From: Candidatus Altimarinota bacterium
GTDB lineage: Bacteria; Patescibacteriota; Gracilibacteria; UBA4473
Length of the DNA: 64,000 nucleotides
Assembly: GCA_965231215.1 (NCBI GenBank)
Contig: OZ246423.1
Span: forward strand, 896,001-960,000
Direction: 5' to 3'
Below are positions 10,320 through 18,019 of the stretch, piece after piece. The notes beneath the pieces are model-generated. The model was not told the origin of the DNA. It saw nothing but the letters and a program-made list of their open reading frames with translations, and ran no database searches. How positions within the stretch are numbered: the stretch's first letter is position 1; every line of letters starts with the position of its first letter. Position numbers and translations under genes: made by a program.

Positions 10320-10886
10320 ATGTTTACTGGAATTATTCAGCAACTGGGAAAGATTAAAACCATAAAAGGATCACGGTTTGTGATTTCTCATAATTTTACA
10401 GAGGCTCTAGAGATTGGGGAATCGGTGGCCCTGAATGGAATGTGTTCAACGGTGGTAGAATTTTCTGATAAAGATTTGGCTGTAGATATTATGGCTGAAT
10501 CTCGGAGTGTAACTACTTTTGGGACAGCGCAAGCCGGGACCTTGGTAAATCTAGAACGGTCGGCCAAAATGGGGGAACGAAACTCTGGTCATAATGTAAC
10601 TGGACATGTCGATCAAGTCGGGGAAATAGTGAAGATTAAACCCCTGTCAGATTTTTATTTAATACGCGTGAAATTTAATCCGGAAAACCGAAAATTTTTG
10701 GTGCATAAGGGCTCAGTCGCTCTTGAAGGTATCTCCTTAACCATCAGTGGTTTAGGGGATGATTTTTTTGAAGTTTCGATTATTCCACATACTTGGCAGC
10801 ACACAAATCTGTATGATAAAATTGAAGGAGATGGCGTAAACCTAGAGTTTGATATTTTTGGGAAATACGTTCTCAACTTAAAATAA
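10320..10886 (+). CDS. ribE: Riboflavin synthase (alpha chain)
   Basis: MFTGII, VNLER, GH.VTGHVD, KGSVALEGISLT, VNLEFD. Confidence 0.95.
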   Translation: MFTGIIQQLGKIKTIKGSRFVISHNFTEALEIGESVALNGMCSTVVEFSDKDLAVDIMAESRSVTTFGTAQAGTLVNLERSAKMGERNSGHNVTGHVDQVGEIVKIKPLSDFYLIRVKFNPENRKFLVHKGSVALEGISLTISGLGDDFFEVSIIPHTWQHTNLYDKIEGDGVNLEFDIFGKYVLNLK

Positions 10887-10958
10887 GCACTAAAAATTCA
10901 GTCAGTAATTGAGTGACAGCGTATCTTTATTATTTAGGAAAGGCTCTAAACCTACACC

Positions 10959-11222
10959 ATGATAAAAAAAATTCTGAACTTCCCAGATAAACTCATCAGT
11001 CAATTGCTTATTGGCTGCATCCGTGTGTATCAACGTACGATTTCTCCAGATCACTCGGCGCTAGGGAAAACCGAACCTTTTAAGGGCTGTAAGTTCTACC
11101 CGTCTTGCTCACAGTATGCGGTAGAAAGCTTAGAAAAAAAAGGGATTTGGTCTTTACCCAAAATTGTATGGAGGGTTTTGAGGTGTAATCCGTGGAGTAA
11201 AGGAGGCATAGATAAACCTTAA
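10959..11222 (+). CDS. yidD: Membrane protein insertion efficiency factor YidD
   Basis: YQRTISP, CKFYPSCSQY, RVLRCNPWSKGGID. Confidence 0.93.
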   Translation: MIKKILNFPDKLISQLLIGCIRVYQRTISPDHSALGKTEPFKGCKFYPSCSQYAVESLEKKGIWSLPKIVWRVLRCNPWSKGGIDKP

Positions 11223-11266
11223 AATTAAGAATTGCCATTTGATCTGCAATTCTTATCTTTAGGCTG

Positions 11267-12199
11267 ATGGTTTTATTTTCGATTCTCGTTTTCTTTGTGA
11301 TCTTCTCAATCTTGATTCTTATTCATGAGTTTGGGCACTATTACGCCGCCATTAAATCAGGAGTAAAAGTAGAAGAATTTGGATTGGGAATGGGCAAGAA
11401 ATTGTATGGAAAAAAATACGGAGAAACCGAATTTACTTTCAATGCGGTTCCTTTTGGGGGTTTTGTCCGAATGTTAGGAGAGGAAGAAACCTCAAAAGAT
11501 CCACGAAGTTTTGGGCAAGCACCTCTGCTGAACCGAATGATTATTACGCTTGCTGGCGTGTTTATGAATTTTGTACTAGCTATAGGGTTGTTAACGATTC
11601 TTTTTACTATCGGAACCAATCCCATTTTGGTTTCGAAGCAAGATATTGACAGAGCCCATGAAAAAGGCTGGATAGAGTTCCAAAACGAAGCAGGAAACGT
11701 TCTAGAAAAAAATCAGATTGAAGCTGAAAAAGAAGCCGGGAGAACGGTCTCAATCACCTATACTCAAAAGATTAAAAAACCTTTCCCGCAGTCTGTGTGG
11801 TTTGCCACGACCGAAACCGTAAGAATTTCTTATGCCGTGTTGCAGAAAGCGGCCGAGATACCAGTTGAACTGATTAAAGAAAGGCGGATACCAGAAGGGC
11901 TAGCCGGCCCTATAGGGATCGCAGAAGTCACGCATCGGGTTATTCCCCTAGGGTTTTTGGCCTTGGTCAAATTGACCGCACTGCTTTCAATATCTCTTGG
12001 AGTGATGAACCTTTTACCCATTCCAGCTCTGGATGGAGGGCGGTTTATTTTTCAGCTAGTAGAACTGATTTTGAAACCTTTCAAAACCAGACCAAGTGAA
12101 ACTATTGAAAATTTTGTACATTTAGGAGGATTTGTTCTGCTTATGGGGTTGCTGTTGCTCATTACCTGGAACGATATCTATAGGATTTTTGTTTTATAG
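11267..12199 (+). CDS. Site-2 (M50) zinc metalloprotease, RseP-like, no obvious PDZ domain
   Basis: HEFGH, GGFVRM, NLLPIPALDGG. Confidence 0.9.
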   Translation: MVLFSILVFFVIFSILILIHEFGHYYAAIKSGVKVEEFGLGMGKKLYGKKYGETEFTFNAVPFGGFVRMLGEEETSKDPRSFGQAPLLNRMIITLAGVFMNFVLAIGLLTILFTIGTNPILVSKQDIDRAHEKGWIEFQNEAGNVLEKNQIEAEKEAGRTVSITYTQKIKKPFPQSVWFATTETVRISYAVLQKAAEIPVELIKERRIPEGLAGPIGIAEVTHRVIPLGFLALVKLTALLSISLGVMNLLPIPALDGGRFIFQLVELILKPFKTRPSETIENFVHLGGFVLLMGLLLLITWNDIYRIFVL

Positions 12200-12326
12200 T
12201 CCTGCTGGGTTATTTTGTTTTTGTAAGTATGGACTTCTCACACTACAAGAAAATAGAGAGAGGAATTCCGATATTTCTAGAGGAGAACAATTAGCTCTAG
12301 TTGAAACTACTTGGCTTTATTTCTGT

Positions 12327-12354
12327 TTGACAAAAAATTCCTCACTCCTAAACT
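12327..12354 (+). promoter_or_regulatory. Putative sigma70 promoter of rplY
   Basis: TTGACA-16 nt-TAAACT, 22 nt upstream of the start codon. Confidence 0.55.
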
Positions 12355-12376
12355 CGCGCGGCTTATTTGAAGAATA

Positions 12377-13027
12377 ATGGCTGAAACTTTTGCCTTGGCT
12401 GCCGAAAAAAGAGAAATTTCTAAACATTCTGCTCGAAATACTCGTCGTGAATACAAAATTCCTGGCGTGGTGTATGGACACGGCCTTGATCCAGTTCCAG
12501 TATCAGTAGATTATTCAGAATTTTTAAGACTTTTTCGTAAAGCGGGTCAATCTTCAGTTATTGACCTAACTATCGATGGAAAAGCCACAAAAGTTTTAGT
12601 ACAAAAATATGATCTTGATCCGGTAAAAGATACATTTGTTCATGTTGATTTCTTTGCGGTCAACCTCAAAGAAAAAACGATTGTCCGTGTGCCCCTTCAT
12701 TTTGAAGGAGAATCAATGGCCGTTAAAAACCTTGGAGGTATCTTTAATGTGGCTCATCATGAACTTGAGATCCGATGTCTTCCAACCGAAATTCCACACG
12801 ATATTAAAGTAGATATTTCTAGTCTAGAAAATGTCCACGATCATATTTCTATTGCAGACCTAAATCTTTCAGAAACTTTGGAAGTGATGCATCTAGAGGC
12901 TGGAACGGTGCTGTGTACCGTAACAGCGGCTCGAGTTGCGGTCGAAGAAGAAACTACCGCCGGAGGTGAAGAAGGGGAGGGAGCTGAAGGTGCCGATGGA
13001 GGAGAAGCCAAAGCCGAAGACGCTTAG
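12377..13027 (+). CDS. rplY: 50S ribosomal protein L25/Ctc (long form)
   Basis: IPGVVYG, HVDF, VRVPLHFEGES, IP..IKVDISSL, acidic tail. Confidence 0.95.
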   Translation: MAETFALAAEKREISKHSARNTRREYKIPGVVYGHGLDPVPVSVDYSEFLRLFRKAGQSSVIDLTIDGKATKVLVQKYDLDPVKDTFVHVDFFAVNLKEKTIVRVPLHFEGESMAVKNLGGIFNVAHHELEIRCLPTEIPHDIKVDISSLENVHDHISIADLNLSETLEVMHLEAGTVLCTVTAARVAVEEETTAGGEEGEGAEGADGGEAKAEDA

Positions 13028-13072
13028 GGAGTAGTTGCTTATCTCTCGTAATTTATTTAGTTTAGAAGGTGA

Positions 13073-13786
13073 ATGGAGCCTTATGTTTTTGAAACCTTTA
13101 GAACTTTTGATCAGCATAAAATTTTTCAATTAGAAATGCACTTGGATCGACTGTTCCATTCGGCCAGAACTTTGGATATAGAGCTGCCTCAAAATTGCAC
13201 AAAGCCTCATATTTGTACCAAGCTCCAAGAGATATTGAATCTCCATAACCCACAAAAAGATTGGCGTATAAAGATAGAGGCCAGTGCGAAAGACTGGAAG
13301 ATTATTGTGAATCCCTTTGTGCCACTACCAGAAAGTATTTATCAAGAAGGAGTGCGATTGGTAAGTGATAGATGTCTAAGAGATAATCCCACAGCCAAAG
13401 CTAATTCTGAAAGGTACAAGTACTACGCCCAAAAGTGCGAAAAAATCTTTTTTGATGTTATGGTGTTTGATGAAAATCAAAACCTGCTTGAAGGAGGTAT
13501 CACGAATATTTTTGTTGTTTTTGGGAAAACCGTTATAACGCCTAAAGACCATATTTTGTTGGGCACTATGAGGTCTTGGGTTATAACCCAATTGCCTAAG
13601 CTCGGGTATAGCGTTCAAGAAAAAAAAATTACCTATCTGGAGATGAAAAAAGCCAAAGCTATTTTTTGCACTAATGCCCTAAAAGGGGTGGTGCCGGTAG
13701 GTTTCTGGGAAGATTGGGCAAGCCGGGACTTTGAGCTCGCTAAAAAGCTAAACCAAAAACTTCCTTTTCCACGCCCTAAGAGTTGA
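13073..13786 (+). CDS. Class IV PLP-dependent aminotransferase family (D-amino acid aminotransferase/PabC-like)
   Basis: VFETFRT, HLDRL..SA, EG..TNIF, ILLGTMR, TNA..G. Confidence 0.85.
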   Translation: MEPYVFETFRTFDQHKIFQLEMHLDRLFHSARTLDIELPQNCTKPHICTKLQEILNLHNPQKDWRIKIEASAKDWKIIVNPFVPLPESIYQEGVRLVSDRCLRDNPTAKANSERYKYYAQKCEKIFFDVMVFDENQNLLEGGITNIFVVFGKTVITPKDHILLGTMRSWVITQLPKLGYSVQEKKITYLEMKKAKAIFCTNALKGVVPVGFWEDWASRDFELAKKLNQKLPFPRPKS

Positions 13787-13826
13787 AAGATTTGGCTATT
13801 TCTGGTACAATGATCTGGTAAATTTT

Positions 13827-14741
13827 ATGTCCAGTTTTTCTGTTATCATTCCCAGCTATAATGAAGGTGCGTGGCTTGAACGCACTGTTATGGGCGTACT
13901 GGAGAATACCAATTACCCAGAGTTTGAGATCATTATTGTAGCCGATAACTGCACCGATAATTCTACCGATTTTTGTAAACAAAAATCTATTCCCAACGTA
14001 GTGCTCTTGGAAACTTCACACAATTTGGGAGCGATAGAAGCTCGGAATTATGGCGCTTCTATTGCCGAGGGAGAAAACTTAGTCTTTATTGATGCTCATG
14101 AAGTTCCGGAAACCGATAATTGGATTTCGGTGCTATTTGACTTGCTTGAGAAGCCTAATACGGGAGCGGCAACAATACCGATTTCAAGCTTCGAAGACCC
14201 TCAGAGGATTGGGTATGTGTATCGCCTTAAGGATTTGGCGCTAGAGCCTGCTTGGGAGTCGAGAGAATCAAAACATTTACCATTAGTACCGGTTATTCCT
14301 GGGGGGTGTTTTGCCATTAAAAAATCTGTATTTATCGAAACAGGAGGGTTTAATCCTTTGTTAAAAAAGTGGGGGAGAGAGGACCTAGAATATTCGCTTC
14401 GTTTGTGGCGAATGGGATATGATTTGAGGTCGTCAAAGGCAGCTAAGATTGCTCACGCATTTAGCCATAAAAGAGCATTTGAGATTAGTTGGGATCAGGT
14501 GGATCATAATATTTTGCTTATTGCTGATTTATTGTTTTCCTCAGAGGCGTGTAAAAAAGTTTGTACACATTTAAAAAAGATTCGTCCACAGAATTATGAT
14601 AAAATTTATCAACAATTATTAAATAATGAAGCCTACCAAGCTTACAAAGCAAAACTACTGCTAAAGCGTAGTTTTGAGGACTATAAGATCGAGTTTAAAG
14701 ACTATTTACCAAAAAATTATTCTCTTATACCACAAGTATAA
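13827..14741 (+). CDS. Glycosyltransferase family 2
   Basis: SVIIPSYNE, ARNYGA, FIDAH, GGF...WGRED.EYS.R. Confidence 0.88.
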   Translation: MSSFSVIIPSYNEGAWLERTVMGVLENTNYPEFEIIIVADNCTDNSTDFCKQKSIPNVVLLETSHNLGAIEARNYGASIAEGENLVFIDAHEVPETDNWISVLFDLLEKPNTGAATIPISSFEDPQRIGYVYRLKDLALEPAWESRESKHLPLVPVIPGGCFAIKKSVFIETGGFNPLLKKWGREDLEYSLRLWRMGYDLRSSKAAKIAHAFSHKRAFEISWDQVDHNILLIADLLFSSEACKKVCTHLKKIRPQNYDKIYQQLLNNEAYQAYKAKLLLKRSFEDYKIEFKDYLPKNYSLIPQV

Positions 14742-15979
14742 AACATTCCAAGCCCTATATTTTTCCAGTCATTATCACTTCCAACTCTTAATGGAGTAGT
14801 GCTATAGCCAATATAACTAGGGACGATTGATCCAAGCTCTCCATGGTTTCCACTTCCCCAACACCATAAAGCACCATCATTCTTTATCGCACAAGAGTGA
14901 GAGTATCCTGAAGCAACGCTTTCCCAAGTGTTCTCACTTCCTACCTGTGTAGGAACCCTCTTACTACCTGTATAGCGTTTTCCCTGACCAAGCTGTCCAT
15001 AGTGATCTCCCCCCCAACACCACAAAGTATTATCTGTTTTTATCGCACATAAGTGTCTTTTTCCTATACCAATACTTTTCCAAGTATCGGTACCAACCTG
15101 AACGGGAGTACTTCGATCTATAGCATCATTCTGTCCTAGTTGTCCATAACGGTTATCTCCCCAGCACCACAAGGTATTATTATTTTTAGTCGCACAGGCA
15201 AATTTATTTCCAAGGTAAATATTTTTCCAATCGTTATCGCTACCAACTTGCACAGGGCTCGGTTGGTTATCTGATGGATCATTACTACCAATTCCAAGTC
15301 TTGAATCAGAATTACTCCCCCAACACGACAAAGTATTATCAGTTGTTATTCCACAAGTATGATCTAATCCTGCTGAAACATCTTTCCAAGTACCAGGTAA
15401 TCGCTTAGGGTAATGTTCATACTCATGAATTCCTCCTTTTCTGCCTATTCCTAGCTTCCCAAGGTAAGTGTGTCCCCAACACCATAACGTATTATCATCT
15501 TTTATTGCACAAACATGTCCAGCTAAACCAAATTCTATAGTATCTGCCAGACTACTTAAGTATGAAGGACTCATTCCCCAACATTGAAGATTATTTCCAC
15601 TTGAAATAGCACAAAAGGAATTCACCCCAATTCCAACTTTGTTCCAACTACTACTTTCAAACTGCTCAGGCTCATGAGTATTTGATAATCCTGGAAGAGG
15701 TGAGCTTCCCCAGCACCAAAGAGCCTCTGGAACATGGCATGCCGAAAATTCAATATTTATGGGTTTATTATTCAGAAAAGAGTGCCATCCTGTGGTGGTT
15801 TGAGTTGGAACAAATCGTTCTTTCCCATCCAAGCTCTTAATTTTTTTACAAATTCCATGAGCATTAATTATTTTATCGGCTGTTCCAATACGGAATCCAG
15901 TAAGAATGGTATTAATTGCAAAAACCTCGTCAAAAAGAAGCAATAACGAAAGTAAGAAAAATAATTTTTTTGTTCTCAT
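14717..15979 (-). CDS. Secreted RCC1/BLIP-II-like beta-propeller protein
   Basis: Signal peptide; about 7 repeats of H.CAIK.DNTLWCWG.N.YGQLG; start overlaps the stop of the upstream fibre gene. Confidence 0.85.
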   Translation of the reverse strand: MRTKKLFFLLSLLLLFDEVFAINTILTGFRIGTADKIINAHGICKKIKSLDGKERFVPTQTTTGWHSFLNNKPINIEFSACHVPEALWCWGSSPLPGLSNTHEPEQFESSSWNKVGIGVNSFCAISSGNNLQCWGMSPSYLSSLADTIEFGLAGHVCAIKDDNTLWCWGHTYLGKLGIGRKGGIHEYEHYPKRLPGTWKDVSAGLDHTCGITTDNTLSCWGSNSDSRLGIGSNDPSDNQPSPVQVGSDNDWKNIYLGNKFACATKNNNTLWCWGDNRYGQLGQNDAIDRSTPVQVGTDTWKSIGIGKRHLCAIKTDNTLWCWGGDHYGQLGQGKRYTGSKRVPTQVGSENTWESVASGYSHSCAIKNDGALWCWGSGNHGELGSIVPSYIGYSTTPLRVGSDNDWKNIGLGMFYTCGIRE

Positions 15980-17853
15980 AGATTCATAACTTCCTTTAAT
16001 TTATTAATTTGTTCTTGTTGATTTTCAATTAATTTCTGTTGTTGATCCGTTAGTTCTTTCATTTCTTTTAAGGCCTCAACAAGTATGGCATTTATATTTC
16101 CATAGCGAACCGACTTCAGCCCATCCACCTCGCTTGTTTCTACGAGTTCTGGTAGGACTCTTTCAACATCTTGAGCAATGAAACCAATAGAATTTTTATC
16201 AGAATTATTCCATTTAAATTTAACACCTTCTAATTGCTGAATAATTTTTATTGGATTTTTGATTTTCAAAATGTCTTTTTTCAAACGCTTATCAGAGGAG
16301 TAAACAAAATCTGTTGCTAGAACTGTTCCTTCAACATCTAGCTTCTGAGAAGGGGCCGTCGTCCCAATCCCGACATTACCCGTATGCGCAACCGTCATGG
16401 AAGGTGTCCCGCCATAATAGGAATTACCAGCAGCACCATCTACATAAAACCGAATATCCCCTGCATTGGACACCAAACGTATCCAGTTGCTTCCACCTTC
16501 AGAATAAAGCCCTAAATCAGTACCAGAAGCCAACCCCGCTTTGTTGATGATGCCCTCTCGAACCCTCAAACCACCACTACCAATATCCAACGTAGCACTC
16601 GGCGTCGCCGTCCCAAGACCAATATAACCATTACCACCATCAAGCGTAAAGTGCGTATTTTCCCCAACACCACCACCCACATTAATCTTGAATTTATGAT
16701 TATCTGACTGATCCAGTCCTACAGAATACCAAGCATTCCACGGATCATGGAAACGAATTTGCGAGTCAGCATCATTATTCTCAACCTCGATATTCCCGCC
16801 GCGTATCTCTAACTTATTATCCGGATCTGCCGTCCCAATCCCGACATTGCCGCCGACAAGCGCCATGTCAGTTGCAACAGAACGTAAGATAGCCGTATTA
16901 TTACTATCTGTTGTTATATCAAGAATTCTTTGGTCACCCGCTTTATCATTATTAAAAATACTAAAAAATTGATTGTCATCTAGACTTCCTGCTGGCGCAG
17001 CGCCAAGAGCCCTGCCTGCCATTATTATCCCTGAAACATTCAACTTCGCATTAGGAGACTCCGTCCCAAGCCCGACATTGCCATTCGCTGCAATACTCAA
17101 ACCATGATACCAATTGGTACCATCATTATTATAGATAGAGAGCGCATTCGGCGCACCATAAGAAGATGGTCTCTTAACAAAATCTGTAAAGTGTGAGCCA
17201 CCATTGCTACTTTGCAAACGTAACGTATGGCCAGTATTATCCGGCGAAAGAACGTGCAACGGCAAACCAGGCGTCGCCGTCCCAATGCCAACCCTACCGG
17301 TTTCTGTCACTCGCATAAGTTCAGCCCAGTTACCGCCTGGGCCAGCGGCATTTTTTCCGATGACGAGGGCTCGGTTATCATTATCATCATTATTCCAGTC
17401 CATAGAAAGATAAACATTGTCTTCCCCATTTAGCTCTAGAGCTCCATTACTGTCATAAATAGTGCCGCCTCTTACCAGCAGTGTACCATCTATTTGAAGA
17501 TCTCCGTCTTCATCAATGTTGGCTTTATCTGCATCGGCTCCTGTTCCAATCTGAAAGAGTTTTTCATTGGCGGTAGGAGAGGCTTTGTGAATTGAAAAAT
17601 GTGCCGGAAAAGTATCGGTTCCAATACCGACTTTCCCATTAAGATAATAGAGGTCTTGACCGCTGAAATTCCAAACCTGATAGCCTAAAATATCAACAGC
17701 GGTAGAGAGGCTTAGGAGATCAGTTCTTACCTTGTTCCAATCTGAGGCCCGAATAAGTTCTCCACTATTGACAGTGGGAGTGGTTATTGTCACCGCAGCG
17801 TAAGAAGTATTTGAGAAACTGAACAACAGCCATGCAAGCAATAGAGTTCTCAT
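15976..17853 (-). CDS. Secreted tail-fibre-like adhesin A (GNVGIGT repeats, C-terminal peptidase S74 chaperone domain)
   Basis: Signal peptide; repeated G[NKR]VGIGT..P...L junctions; SSDKRLKKDI...IGFIAQDVE.VLPELV...Y..I.A.LVEALKE plus coiled coil. Confidence 0.85.
   Translation of the reverse strand: MRTLLLAWLLFSFSNTSYAAVTITTPTVNSGELIRASDWNKVRTDLLSLSTAVDILGYQVWNFSGQDLYYLNGKVGIGTDTFPAHFSIHKASPTANEKLFQIGTGADADKANIDEDGDLQIDGTLLVRGGTIYDSNGALELNGEDNVYLSMDWNNDDNDNRALVIGKNAAGPGGNWAELMRVTETGRVGIGTATPGLPLHVLSPDNTGHTLRLQSSNGGSHFTDFVKRPSSYGAPNALSIYNNDGTNWYHGLSIAANGNVGLGTESPNAKLNVSGIIMAGRALGAAPAGSLDDNQFFSIFNNDKAGDQRILDITTDSNNTAILRSVATDMALVGGNVGIGTADPDNKLEIRGGNIEVENNDADSQIRFHDPWNAWYSVGLDQSDNHKFKINVGGGVGENTHFTLDGGNGYIGLGTATPSATLDIGSGGLRVREGIINKAGLASGTDLGLYSEGGSNWIRLVSNAGDIRFYVDGAAGNSYYGGTPSMTVAHTGNVGIGTTAPSQKLDVEGTVLATDFVYSSDKRLKKDILKIKNPIKIIQQLEGVKFKWNNSDKNSIGFIAQDVERVLPELVETSEVDGLKSVRYGNINAILVEALKEMKELTDQQQKLIENQQEQINKLKEVMNL
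16364..16616. repeat. 253-bp internal cassette identical to 19152-19404
   Basis: Base-by-base comparison showed no differences; encodes ATPSATLDIGSGG...AHTGNVGIG. Confidence 0.95.
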
Positions 17854-17944
17854 ATTTATTTTTTTTCACACTTTATAATACAGGTATTTGTTTTTAGTTT
17901 AAAGTTAAATTTTCTGACTTGTTTTTTTAAAATTTTGGATGGAT
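17276..17944. repeat. ~670-bp near-identical direct repeat (5' constant region plus promoter) of 20304-20971
   Basis: Only a handful of substitutions seen; covers the first ~192 codons and ~90 bp upstream. Confidence 0.95.
17862..17914 (-). promoter_or_regulatory. Conserved fibre-gene promoter (copy 1)
   Basis: Minus strand TTTAAA-17 nt-TATTAT-aaagtgtg; identical at 20890-20942 and related at 26904-26959. Confidence 0.55.
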
Positions 17945-18019
17945 ATCAGCAAAATTCTCTGTTGATAAACTTTATCTGATCATTGTATCAGAAAACCCCT
18001 AAAAAATAAAGTGAGGATT

